Shown one piece after another: positions 49,240 through 58,932 of a DNA stretch of 64,000 nt; positions within the stretch are counted from its first letter, which is position 1, and each line of letters opens with the position of its first letter. The stretch comes from an uncultured Chloroflexia bacterium (GTDB lineage Bacteria > Chloroflexota > Limnocylindria > Limnocylindrales > CSP1-4). A model generated the notes under the pieces. The model worked only from the letters and a program-made list of their open reading frames with translations. It was not told the origin of the DNA and did no database searches. A program made the position numbers and the translations under genes. The stretch covers positions 64,001 to 128,000 of the forward strand of contig CAVVCZ010000005.1 of NCBI GenBank assembly GCA_963746845.1, given 5' to 3'.

Positions 49240-50515
49240 GGCAGGAGACAGCGATCACCCGGCGACGCCGCCGAGCCTTCCCAGGGCGACTCGTCGATCT
49301 GGAGCTCGCATTCCTCGGGCATCTCACCGAGCGCCGGATGAGCCGGCGCCAGCTCCTCGAGGTCGTGACCGCGGGTGGGCGCGGCCGTGGCCTCGCGCCC
49401 GTCGTCGCGGCGTGCCGGCGGCGGGCCGACGCCGCCACCGTCGACGGCGGCCGCCGTCCGCCACCGCGTCGCCGGTGGTCGTCGGCGCCCGCCTCGGACG
49501 CCGAGGCCGCCAGCCCGTCGGTCGAGCCGACCCCGGTCCCTAGCCCGGAGAGCCGAGCTCTACGTCTACAACTGGGACGCGTACATCGGCGAGGACACGG
49601 TTCCGAAGTTCGAGGAGACGTACGGCATCCGGGTCAAGTACGACAAGTTCGACCGACGCCGACACCCAGCTCACCAAGCTCCGGAGCGACGGCAAGGGCG
49701 GCGGCTACGACGTCAGCTACCCGACGTCGACCGACGTCGGGCCGCTGGCTGCCGAGGGTGTGCTCCTCAAGCTCGACAAGAGCCTGATCCCGAACATCGC
49801 GAACCTCCGCCCGGAGTGGCAGAACCCCGGCTACGACCCGAACAACACGTACTCCGTCCCGAACTACTGGTGGACGACCGGCTACGTGTGGGACCCGGCC
49901 AAGGTCCCCGGCGACCAGACGACGTGGGACGCCCTGTTCGATCCGGCGTCGACGGGCCACATCGGCATGCTCGACGACCAGCGCGAGACGTTCGCGGTCG
50001 CGGCCTTCAAGCTCGGCCTGGACCCGAACACCACCGACGAGGCCCAGCTCGACCAGATGCTCGCGCTCCTCGAGCAGCAGAAGCCGTTGCTCCGCAAGTA
50101 CACGTCCGATGACATCGGCGACATGACGAGCGGCAACCTGTGGATCTGTCACGCCTGGTCCGGTGACTGGTTCCAGATGATCGCGGACAAGCCGAAGCTC
50201 AACTACGTCGTCCCCGGCAACGGCAGCATCCGCGGCAATGACGTGTTGGTGGTCACGTCCGGCGCGCCGCACCCGATCGCCGCCCACCTCTGGATCGACT
50301 TCAACCTCGACGCTCAGATCAGCGCCGGAAACACCAACTACATCGGCTACATGGGTCCGAACGCCGCGGCCGACCAGTACATCGACGACACGATCAAGGG
50401 CGATCCGCGGCTCAACCCGCCGGCCGACGTCCTCGCGAAGCTCGTCGAGCTGGCCTTCCTGGCGCCGGCCGATCTCGACAAGTACACCCAGCGCTGGAAC
50501 GCCCTGCGCGCGTGA
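49240..50515 (+). CDS. potD: Spermidine/putrescine-binding protein (PotD-like, Tat signal); 5' part disrupted by indels
   Basis: RRMSRRQLL, LYVYNWDAYIGEDTVPKFEETYGIRVKYD, GGYDVSYP, LDKSLIPNIANL, AWSGD, AHLWIDFNL in successive frames; start approximate. Confidence 0.8.
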
Positions 50516-51435
50516 CGGCACCGGTCGACGCTGCCGCGCCACCAGTCGCTCCACCCGCGGCGACCTCGATCCCGGCGACCCGGCGACCGCTCGCCGAGCG
50601 AATCGCCGGACTCGTCTTCGTCGTGCCCGGCGTGGTCTGGCTGGCGGCGTTCTTCCTCCTGCCGCTGGTCATCATCCTCGTGGTCAGCCTCGGCACGCGC
50701 GACGCAGCCGGTCACATCACGCTGGCCAACCCGGGGCTCCAGAACTACGCCCAGGCCACGCGCCCCGAGTACTTGCCGGCGTTCGCCAACTCGCTGAAGT
50801 ACGCGCTGATCACAACGATCCTGTCGATCGTCATCGGCTACCCGATCGCCTACTGGATCTCGCGCTACGGCGGTTCGCGCAAGATCCTGCTGCTGATCCT
50901 CGTGATGCTGCCGTTCTGGACGAGCTATCTCATCCGGACCTACGCGTGGATGATCATCCTGCGGGACAACGGCGTCCTGAACTCGATCCTGCTGGCGACG
51001 GGCGTCATCAGCGACCCGATCCCGATCCTGAACTCGGACTTCGCCGTCATTCTCGGCATGACCTACGGGTTCCTGCCCTTCGCGATCCTGCCGCTGTACG
51101 TCTCCATCGACCGGCTGGACCCGCACCTCGTGGAGGCGGCCCGGGACCTGTTCGCGTCCGGCCGCGGCGCGTTCCGCCACGTGACGCTGCCGATGACGAT
51201 GCCCGGGATCGTGGCAGCCGCGCTCCTGACGTTCATCCCGGCGATGGGCGACTACGTGACGCCCGACCTGCTCGGCGGTGCGCAGACGACGACGATCGCC
51301 AAGATCATCCAGGTCCTGTTCACGAGCGGCCGGGACTGGCCGTACGGCTCGGCGCTCGGGTTCCTGCTGATGGTCGTGACGCTGGGCGGGACGTTCCTCG
51401 CGCTGCGGACGCTCCGGCGCGAGGTGATCGGGTGA
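50512..51435 (+). CDS. potB: Polyamine ABC permease PotB-like
   Basis: LPFWTSYLIRTYAW, LVEAARDLFAS, RDWPYGSALG. Confidence 0.9.
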   Translation: MTAPVDAAAPPVAPPAATSIPATRRPLAERIAGLVFVVPGVVWLAAFFLLPLVIILVVSLGTRDAAGHITLANPGLQNYAQATRPEYLPAFANSLKYALITTILSIVIGYPIAYWISRYGGSRKILLLILVMLPFWTSYLIRTYAWMIILRDNGVLNSILLATGVISDPIPILNSDFAVILGMTYGFLPFAILPLYVSIDRLDPHLVEAARDLFASGRGAFRHVTLPMTMPGIVAAALLTFIPAMGDYVTPDLLGGAQTTTIAKIIQVLFTSGRDWPYGSALGFLLMVVTLGGTFLALRTLRREVIG

Positions 51436-52247
51436 AGCCGCACAACCGCTGGCTGTCCGGGTTCGCGCTGCTGGTCTACGCGATCCTGTTCGCCCCGATC
51501 GTCGTCCTGATCATCTTCAGCTTCAACCAGTCGCGCCGGAACTTCGTCTGGCAGGGCTTCACCCTCGACTGGTACCCGCGGCTCTTCGCGAACCGCGACC
51601 TGCTCGACTCGATCGGCGTGACGCTCCAGGTCGCCCTGATCGCGGTGATCGGCTCGACGATCCTGGGCTCGCTCCTCGGGCTGGGCCTCGCCCGGCTGAA
51701 GTTCCGTGGATCGGGCGCCACCGAGACGCTCCTCCTGCTGCCGATGATCACGCCCGAGATCATCATGGGCATCAGCCTGCTGATCTTCTTCTCCCAGCTG
51801 TTCGCGTCGAATGGCTCGCTCCAGCAGATCTCCGTCGCCCACATCACGTTCTGCATCTCGTACGTCGCGGTCGTCGTCCGGGCCCGCGCGATCGGGATGG
51901 ACCCGCGGCTCGAGGAGGCAGCGCGCGACCTGGGCGCCTCGGGCTGGGGCGCGTTCCGCTACGTGACCCTGCCGCTGATCCTGCCCGCGGTGCTCGCCGG
52001 GGCGATGATCTCGTTCGCCCTCTCGTTCGACGACCTCGTGGTCACGTCGTTCAATGCCGGCGTGGGCTCGACGACCCTGCCGATCTTCATCTACAGCTCG
52101 ATCAAGTTCGGGGTCACGCCGCAGATCAACGCGATCAGCACGATCATCGTGGCGGTCGTGTCGATCGCCCTGTTCATCGCCTGGCGCCTCGGCGCATTCC
52201 GCTCGGATCCGCCGCCGATGGCGGCCGAGGACGCGCCGGCGGCGTAG
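51432..52247 (+). CDS. potC: Polyamine ABC permease PotC-like
   Basis: GFTLDWY, LEEAARDLGAS, FALSFDDLVVT, GVTPQINAIST; GTGA overlap. Confidence 0.9.
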   Translation: MKPHNRWLSGFALLVYAILFAPIVVLIIFSFNQSRRNFVWQGFTLDWYPRLFANRDLLDSIGVTLQVALIAVIGSTILGSLLGLGLARLKFRGSGATETLLLLPMITPEIIMGISLLIFFSQLFASNGSLQQISVAHITFCISYVAVVVRARAIGMDPRLEEAARDLGASGWGAFRYVTLPLILPAVLAGAMISFALSFDDLVVTSFNAGVGSTTLPIFIYSSIKFGVTPQINAISTIIVAVVSIALFIAWRLGAFRSDPPPMAAEDAPAA

Positions 52248-52250
52248 GCC

Positions 52251-53597
52251 TCAGCGCTTCGCCGCGGCCCCGCTCTTCGCGGTCGCCTTCGATCGGGCGG
52301 TCGTCCTCGCCTCGGCGTGCTCGAACGAGCCGCGACCACCGGCCGGATGGGCCTCCGCGGCCTCGGCGGCGGTCACCGGATGGCCCGGCTCCTCCTTCGG
52401 CGGCGGCACGTCGTAGCGCTCGCGAACGGTCCGGGCGAGGGTGAACGGCTCGCCCGCGTAGCGGTCGGCGACCATCCGGTCGAACGCGTGAACGGACGCC
52501 TCCTGGTTGGAGTAGCGGCCGCTGACCCACGAGCGGGAGCGCGTCCCACGCTGCTGCATCTCGCAGACGTGCCAGTCCTGGGTGTTCGTCAGGTCCCAGA
52601 ACGCGATCGCGTCGGACGGGTCGAAGTCCGGGCTGGCCATCGTCTCGCGCTCGAACAGGAGCTGGCAGATCACCGTCGTCCGGTCCGGGGCGACCGGCAC
52701 GAGCCGGTGGACGAGCAGGTAGTCCGGGTGGATCGACAGGAACGCAAGTGGCCAGACCACGTAGTAGAAGATCTTCCGCTCGTCGTCGCTGGTCATCCCG
52801 CACATCGCGGGGCGCCCGTGGCGCGAGCCCTGGCCGCCATCGAGCGCCATCGTCTCGGCACCCGCGACCAGCTCCATCCAGCCACCCTGCCAGGCGCCGT
52901 CGGGGTCGTAGTCGCCGCCGACGTCGTACGGCGTCAGCTTGTTGAGCTGCGGGTGGAGCGGCGGGCAGTGATAGCACTCCGAGTAGTTCTCGGCGATGAA
53001 CTTCCAGTTCGCGGCGACGTCGTAGGTCATCGTCCGGGCCGGCCGGAGGTCAGCGAACTCGAACCGCCCGAGATGCTCGTCGAGGTCGCCGAGCTGGTCC
53101 GCGAGTGACGCCGCGTCCGGGTCGAGGTTCAGGAAGACGAAGCCCTGCCACGTCGCGCAGCCGACCGGCATCAGCCCGTACGTCTCGAAGCTGAAGTCGT
53201 CGAGGTCGTCGGTGTGCTTCGCCCGGACGAGCTTGCCCTCGAGGTCGTAGATCCAGGCGTGGTACGGGCACTGGAACCGGACGGCCGTTCCGCATTCCTC
53301 CTCGACGACCGCGGTCCCGCGGTGGCGGCAGACGTTGTAGAACGCACGGAGCTGGCCGTCCTTGCCACGGACGACGAGGAGTGGCTCCCCGTCGAGCTCG
53401 GTCTGGAAGTACGTGCCCGGCTCGGGCGCCTCGTCCTCGCGGCCGACGATCACCCAGTCGCGGCGGAGGATGTGGTCGCGCTCCCAGTCGAGGATCGCCG
53501 CATCGTGGTAGGCGCGGCGCGGCAGGAGTCGCGCCCCACGGTACGGGCGGCGGATGGATTCGAGCTCGGCTTCGGTCAGGATCGTCGTGTCCGGCAT
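52251..53597 (-). CDS. Rieske non-heme iron oxygenase alpha subunit (glycine-betaine/choline monooxygenase-like)
   Basis: CRHRG...CPYHAW, NWKFIAENYSECYHCPPLHP, QDWHVCEMQQRG. Confidence 0.9.
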   Translation of the reverse strand: MPDTTILTEAELESIRRPYRGARLLPRRAYHDAAILDWERDHILRRDWVIVGREDEAPEPGTYFQTELDGEPLLVVRGKDGQLRAFYNVCRHRGTAVVEEECGTAVRFQCPYHAWIYDLEGKLVRAKHTDDLDDFSFETYGLMPVGCATWQGFVFLNLDPDAASLADQLGDLDEHLGRFEFADLRPARTMTYDVAANWKFIAENYSECYHCPPLHPQLNKLTPYDVGGDYDPDGAWQGGWMELVAGAETMALDGGQGSRHGRPAMCGMTSDDERKIFYYVVWPLAFLSIHPDYLLVHRLVPVAPDRTTVICQLLFERETMASPDFDPSDAIAFWDLTNTQDWHVCEMQQRGTRSRSWVSGRYSNQEASVHAFDRMVADRYAGEPFTLARTVRERYDVPPPKEEPGHPVTAAEAAEAHPAGGRGSFEHAEARTTARSKATAKSGAAAKR

Positions 53598-53677
53598 GGC
53601 CCGATCGTCACACGGTCCGTTTCCAATGCTCTCGGGGTTCCATCAGGCGGACCCGCCGTTCCGCGTCCCGCGACGGG

Positions 53678-55378
53678 TCACGGGAGCGTGACCATCTCGC
53701 GCCAGTGCGGGATCTTCGTCGTGAAGCCGAGGGCCTGGACCTTCGGCTCCATCACGATCTGGGCCTCGGGGTCGCCGTGGACGAGGAACACCGTGCGCGG
53801 GAAGCCGGCCGACCCGGGTCCCTTGCCGTCGGTGAAGTGGCGCAGCCAGTCGAGGAGCTCGCTCTCGTCCGCGTGGGCGCTGAAGCCGCTGATCGAGCGG
53901 ATCCGGCACTTCACGTCGCGGACGACGCCGTCGAGCTTCACGGTCGTCGCGCCGGCCTGGAGATGCGACCCGAGCGTCCCCTCGCCCTGGTAGCCGACGA
54001 ACAGGAGCGTCGCGTCCGGATCGTCGATCAGGTTGCGTAGATGGCCGAGGACCCGGCCGCCCGTCAGCATCCCGTTCGACGCGATGATCATGTACGGGCG
54101 CTGGGCCGTGGCGATCGCCTCCGAGTCGTGGACGTCACGCGTCTCGGTCTGCCCCGGAAAGTCGAGCGGCGTGTCGCCGCTGTTCAGCAGCTTGCGTGTC
54201 TCGTCGTCGAAATCGTCGGCGTGGCGGCGGTAGATGTCGGACGCCTTCGAGGCCATCGGCGAATCGAGATAGAGCGGCAGCTGCGGGATCCTGCCCTGCT
54301 CGAGGAGCCGGTCGAGCTGGTACACGATCTCCTGCGTCCGGCCGATCGCGAACGACGGCACGAGGAGGACGCCGCCCGCCTCGTCGACCATCCGGACGGT
54401 CTCGGCGAGGATCCGGATCGCCTCGTCCTCCGGCTCGTGCTCACGGCCGCCGTAGGTCGTCTCGATCAGCAGGTAGTCCGCCGTCGTCTGGATCGTCGGG
54501 TCGCGGATGATCGGCGTGTCCGGCCGGCCGAGATCGCCCGAGAACAGGATCGTGGTCTCGTGCGCGGGACCCGTGCCGGACGGCCCGGCCGCGTCGACCC
54601 GGACCCGGATCATCGCCGAGCCGAGGATGTGGCCGGCGTCGAGGAAGGTCGCGTGGACGCCGGGCGCGACCTCGCGCTCCTCGCCGTAGTCGATCGCCTC
54701 GAACTGCTGGACCGCGCGTTCGGCGTCGTCGGCGGTGTAGAGCGGGGCGTCGAGATCCACAAGGACATCGGGCGGCTGGGCGCGCAGGTCGGCCTCGACA
54801 TCCATGTCCGGGTCGCCGCCGCCGCGATGCGCGGGGAGGGTCACGGGCGCGGGTGGGGCGGGTGGCGAGGTCAGGGCCGTCGGACCCGGCCCGGCCGCCG
54901 TCGGCGGTGGCGGCGCGTCGTCGACGTGCTCGTGGAGTGGCGGCGCCGGGATCCTCCCGGCCGCGACGTCGAGGGCCTCCTGGTAGGCGGCCGCCTCCTT
55001 CGCGTCGTCCGCGGCGACGAGATCCGGGTGGCGCTTCTCCCAGCGCGCCTCGCGCTTGGCGAACTCCTGCTGGAGCTTGCCCGAGTCGAGGAGGACGAGC
55101 TCGGCCAGCTCGCACGTGCCGCGGGTCGCGATGATCCGGTTGCGATAGCCCGCATTGACGAGATGCGGGATCAGCCCGCAATGATCGAGATGGGCGTGCG
55201 TCAGGAGCAGGACGTCGATCGTGGCCGGGTTGTAGGCGAACGGCACCCGGTTCCGCATCGCCTCGTTCGGGCTGCCCTGGAACATCCCGCAGTCGACGAG
55301 GACGCGCGCCCGCCCGGTGTCGAGCAGGTACTGGGAACCGGTGACGGTCGTGGCACCGCCGAGGAAGTGGAGGTCCAT
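53678..55378 (-). CDS. Metallo-beta-lactamase / beta-CASP ribonuclease
   Basis: VTGSQY, THAHLDHCG, AGHILGSA, FSGDLG, ETTYG, FAIGRTQE, FSAHAD, LVHGD. Confidence 0.92.
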   Translation of the reverse strand: MDLHFLGGATTVTGSQYLLDTGRARVLVDCGMFQGSPNEAMRNRVPFAYNPATIDVLLLTHAHLDHCGLIPHLVNAGYRNRIIATRGTCELAELVLLDSGKLQQEFAKREARWEKRHPDLVAADDAKEAAAYQEALDVAAGRIPAPPLHEHVDDAPPPPTAAGPGPTALTSPPAPPAPVTLPAHRGGGDPDMDVEADLRAQPPDVLVDLDAPLYTADDAERAVQQFEAIDYGEEREVAPGVHATFLDAGHILGSAMIRVRVDAAGPSGTGPAHETTILFSGDLGRPDTPIIRDPTIQTTADYLLIETTYGGREHEPEDEAIRILAETVRMVDEAGGVLLVPSFAIGRTQEIVYQLDRLLEQGRIPQLPLYLDSPMASKASDIYRRHADDFDDETRKLLNSGDTPLDFPGQTETRDVHDSEAIATAQRPYMIIASNGMLTGGRVLGHLRNLIDDPDATLLFVGYQGEGTLGSHLQAGATTVKLDGVVRDVKCRIRSISGFSAHADESELLDWLRHFTDGKGPGSAGFPRTVFLVHGDPEAQIVMEPKVQALGFTTKIPHWREMVTLP

Positions 55379-55432
55379 GCGCGGAGTGTGCCAGTCATGC
55401 CCACTCGGCATCTCGCAGGTCCCCGGACCCGC

Positions 55433-55574
55433 GACGCGCTGGATGCGTCAAACGACGCTCGGTTGGTCGATTGACCGTCCGGCGACGCACCAGCCGCGTC
55501 GATCGACGCTCCAACGGTCCGTTCGTCGCGCAAGGACGGGCTTCACCGGTCGTTTGACGCGCTAGTTGCGTCAA
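55433..55574. repeat. Three GACGC-N7-GCGTC palindromic units (REP-like or operator cluster)
   Basis: Units at 55433-55449, 55484-55500, 55556-55572; 12-bp inverted repeat GCGTCAAACGAC (55445) / GTCGTTTGACGC (55549). Confidence 0.65.
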
Positions 55575-55606
55575 CCCGGGCATCCGGCGGCCGGCCGGAC
55601 GAGCCC

Positions 55607-57472
55607 TCAGCCGATCGCGGTCATCACGATCGCGTCGAGGGCGATCGCGGCGAACAGCAGCGTCAGGTACGAGATCGAGTACTTGTAGAGGCGGATCGCC
55701 CCCGCGGTCGACTCCTCCTCCGAGTCGCCCCGGCGCCACAGCCCATACGCCTGGCGGAGGAACAGCGCCCCGAGGACGACCGCGGCCACGAGGTAGATCG
55801 GGCCCATCCGCGCCACCGCGAACAGGACCAGCGAGATCGCGACCATGAGGATCGTGTACAGGCCGATCTGGCGGGTCGTCTCGGGGATGCCCCGCACGAC
55901 CGGGAGCATCGGGACGCCGGCCGCCGCGTAGTCCTTGCGGATCCGGAGGGACAGCGCCCAGAAGTGGGGCGGGGTCCAGTAGAAGACCAGGGCGAACAGG
56001 ACGAGCGCCGGCACGCCGACGTTGCCGGTGACCGCGGCCCAGCCGATGACGGGCGGCAGCGCCCCGGCGGCCCCGCCGATCACGATGTTCTGCGGGGTCG
56101 AGCGCTTGAGGAAGATCGTGTAGACGACGACGTAGAAGGCGATCGCGAGCAACCCGAGGAACGCGGCCACGAGGTTGACGAAGAACGCGAGGATCGCGAA
56201 CGAGATCGCCCCGAGCGCGATGCCGAACACGACCGCCCGCTGCGGATCGACCTGGTGGGCCGGCAGGGGCCGGCGTCGGGTTCGCGTCATCAGCTCGTCG
56301 ATGTCGCGATCGAGGTAGCAGTTGATCGCGTTGGCGCTCCCGGCGGCGAGCGTCCCGCCGATCAGGGTCCAGACCGTCAGCCAGGCCCAATGGCCGAGCT
56401 GGACGCCGGGCACGAACCGGGTCGCGAGGACCATCGCCGGAACCGTCGTGACGAGCAGCAGCTCGATGATCCGCGGCTTCGTCAGCGCGATGTACGCCCG
56501 AACCGTGTCCTTCGTCGTCGGACGGGCGGTCGTCGCCGGGTCGACGTCGTCGCCGGCCCGGTCCCCGTCGCGGGCCTCCAGGTCGGCGGACGCGGTCCGC
56601 GCCTCCAGGTAGGAGATCGACACGAGCGCGACGAGCAGGGCCCAGATGATCGCCCCGAGGGCCAGGTGGAGCGTCTGCGTCCAGCCCGACAGACCGGTCA
56701 GGATCTGGAGCCCGCCGACGATCGCCTGGATCGGGAACAGGATCGCGGCGATCGCCGCCAGGCGGACGATCGGACGGGTCCGCGGCCGGTACCGCCACGC
56801 CGCGACGAAGACGGCGGCCACGATGAGCCCGACGACGACCGCGACCCAGCGATGGAGGACGTTCGCGGAGTTCGCATCCGTGAGGGTCGGGAAGACCGAG
56901 CCGTTCATCAGAGGCCAGTCCGGGAAGACGTACCACTGGGAGGTCGCGGTCACGTGCGAGCCGAACAGGAGGAGCGCGTAGACCGACCCGGCACCGAGCG
57001 CCGCGATGAGGGTGAACCGCTGGCTGCCGCGCCCGGTCAACCGGGCCGGGTACAGCGATCGGGCGAGGATCCAGACGAGCAGCCCGACCAGCGCCATCGC
57101 CGAGGCGAGATGCGCCGTCACGGACTCGCCGGTGTTCTTCTGGGCGACCGTCTCGCGTCCGAGCCACGCCTGGAACCCGACGAGGAGGACCGCGACGACG
57201 GTCGCGATCACGAGCGTCCGGCGGGAACGCAGGTCGACGAACGCGAGGATCGCGAGCCCGATGACCTCGAAGCCGATGATCACGGCCACCGTCCGGTGGG
57301 CCCACTCGATCCAGGCCTTCGCGTCGTCGAACGGCGGGATGACCTGGCCGTGGCAGAGCGGCCAGTCCGGGCAGCCGAGTCCGGACCCCGTGGCTCGCAC
57401 GATCACCCCGATCGTGACCAGCAGGATCGCGGTCACGACGGTCGCCGCAGCGAGCTTCTGGAAGCGGGTCAC
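55607..57472 (-). CDS. ctaB: Fused heme A synthase (CtaA/COX15) - heme O synthase (CtaB/CyoE)
   Basis: N-terminal GLGCPDWPLC, EWAHR, HLAS, LHRW, LHLALG; C-terminal ALTKPRI, NCYLDRDIDELMTRTRRRPL, QNIVIGGAAGA, WTPPHFWAL, DYAAAGVPMLP; TAGAAT -10 at 57522-57517. Confidence 0.9.
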   Translation of the reverse strand: MTRFQKLAAATVVTAILLVTIGVIVRATGSGLGCPDWPLCHGQVIPPFDDAKAWIEWAHRTVAVIIGFEVIGLAILAFVDLRSRRTLVIATVVAVLLVGFQAWLGRETVAQKNTGESVTAHLASAMALVGLLVWILARSLYPARLTGRGSQRFTLIAALGAGSVYALLLFGSHVTATSQWYVFPDWPLMNGSVFPTLTDANSANVLHRWVAVVVGLIVAAVFVAAWRYRPRTRPIVRLAAIAAILFPIQAIVGGLQILTGLSGWTQTLHLALGAIIWALLVALVSISYLEARTASADLEARDGDRAGDDVDPATTARPTTKDTVRAYIALTKPRIIELLLVTTVPAMVLATRFVPGVQLGHWAWLTVWTLIGGTLAAGSANAINCYLDRDIDELMTRTRRRPLPAHQVDPQRAVVFGIALGAISFAILAFFVNLVAAFLGLLAIAFYVVVYTIFLKRSTPQNIVIGGAAGALPPVIGWAAVTGNVGVPALVLFALVFYWTPPHFWALSLRIRKDYAAAGVPMLPVVRGIPETTRQIGLYTILMVAISLVLFAVARMGPIYLVAAVVLGALFLRQAYGLWRRGDSEEESTAGAIRLYKYSISYLTLLFAAIALDAIVMTAIG

Positions 57473-57585
57473 GGGTCTCCTGCGGGGAGGGACGGGGGAC
57501 GAGCAGGACGGGCGCCATTCTAGCGCCGTACCCCGGTTCCTCGTGCCGGAATGCGCGAGTGAGCGGTCGGCCGTAGGCTGTCGGC

Positions 57586-58524
57586 ATGCACCTTCCCACC
57601 CGCGCCGTCGCCGCGATCGTCGGCGCCCTGATCGTCGCCGCGGGCTGCGCGGTCGGGGGCGCCGGGAGCGCGCCATCTGCGACCGGGCCGACGGCGTCCG
57701 CCGTGAAGCCGGCGGGCTCCGCCTCGTTCCTGCCCGTGCCGGTGTCGTCGGAATTCGGGGTCGGGCTGAACCGGGTGGTGTTCGGTCTGCTGGACACGAC
57801 CGGGACGAAGTCGGCGGCGACGCCGGATCGGACCCTGGCGATCGGCTACCACGGCCCGAGCGGCGAGACGATCCCGTCGACGCCGACGATGTTCGTCTGG
57901 GCCGTCGAGGGGACCAAGGGCGTCTACATCGGCCAGGCGACGTTCGCCAGCGCCGGACAGTGGATCGCCGACTTCACCAGCGCGGCACCCGGGTCCCCCG
58001 CCGCCACCGTGTCCTTCTCGTTCACCGTCAAGCCGCACACGACCGTCGTCTTCCCGGGCGATCCGGCGCCGTCGGTCAAGACCCCGACCCTGGCCGACGT
58101 CGGCGGTGACGTCGCGAAGATCTCCACCGACACGAACCCGGTGAAGCGCTTCTACGAGACCTCCGAAGCCGACGCGCTCGCGGCGAAGAAGCCGTTCGTC
58201 CTGATCTTCGCCACACCGAAGTTCTGTCAGACCGCCACGTGCGGCCCGACACTCGACAAGGTCAAGCCGATCGCGGCCGCCCATCCGGACGTGACGTTCA
58301 TCAACGTCGAGCCGTACCAGCTGACCGACGCGAGCGGCTCGCTCCAGCCCGTCCTGACCACGGACAACCAGCTGATCCCGGTCGAGGCGACGACGGCGTT
58401 CAAGCTCCAGTCGGAGCCGTACGTGTTCGTCGTGGATTCGACCGGGAAGGTCTCGGCGTCGTTCGAGCTCGTCTTCTCACCCGAGGAGCTCGACGCGGCG
58501 GTGAAGGCGGTCGAAGCCGGCTAG
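57586..58524 (+). CDS. Lipoprotein with C-terminal thioredoxin-like domain (CxxxxC)
   Basis: Lipobox AAGC; KPFVLIFATPKFCQTATCGP...FINVE...SEPYVFVVD. Confidence 0.75.
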   Translation: MHLPTRAVAAIVGALIVAAGCAVGGAGSAPSATGPTASAVKPAGSASFLPVPVSSEFGVGLNRVVFGLLDTTGTKSAATPDRTLAIGYHGPSGETIPSTPTMFVWAVEGTKGVYIGQATFASAGQWIADFTSAAPGSPAATVSFSFTVKPHTTVVFPGDPAPSVKTPTLADVGGDVAKISTDTNPVKRFYETSEADALAAKKPFVLIFATPKFCQTATCGPTLDKVKPIAAAHPDVTFINVEPYQLTDASGSLQPVLTTDNQLIPVEATTAFKLQSEPYVFVVDSTGKVSASFELVFSPEELDAAVKAVEAG

Positions 58525-58548
58525 CCCGGGGCCACCTGGCCGACTCGG

Positions 58549-58932
58549 CTAGGGCGCGTCCTCGAGCCGGACCGCGACCGGGCCACCGGACTCCTGGACG
58601 AACGTGACCCGGATGGGCACGAGGCTCACCTTGTGCTCCGCCAGGTGCCCGGGCGGGAACTGCGTCGCGTTCTCGATCGTGCCGACCCGGAAGTCGACGG
58701 TCCGGCCGTCGGCCGTCCGGATCGAGAACCCCCGGACGTCGCTCAGGCTCGTCGCCTCCACGGCGACCACGACCCCGGTCTCCACCTGCCGGCCCGGCCC
58801 ACCGAGGACCATGGTCCCAACGACCGCAGCCAGGACGACGGCCACCGCGACGGCGAGCAGGAGGATGAGCCGCCGGCGACCGTTGCCGGAGACCGGCCCC
58901 GTCGCGGGCGCCGTCGAGGGTTCGGTGGTCAA
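58549..58932 (-). CDS. Hypothetical single-TM protein
   Basis: TTG start overlapping pyrE stop (TTGA); RRRLILLLAVAVAVVLAAVVG then beta-rich domain ending AVRLEDAP. Confidence 0.65.
   Translation of the reverse strand: MTTEPSTAPATGPVSGNGRRRLILLLAVAVAVVLAAVVGTMVLGGPGRQVETGVVVAVEATSLSDVRGFSIRTADGRTVDFRVGTIENATQFPPGHLAEHKVSLVPIRVTFVQESGGPVAVRLEDAP

Noticed and set aside
55433-55574. Mini CRISPR array
   Set aside because: Repeat units are only 17 nt with variable centres and unequal spacing (51 and 72 nt); no cas genes.
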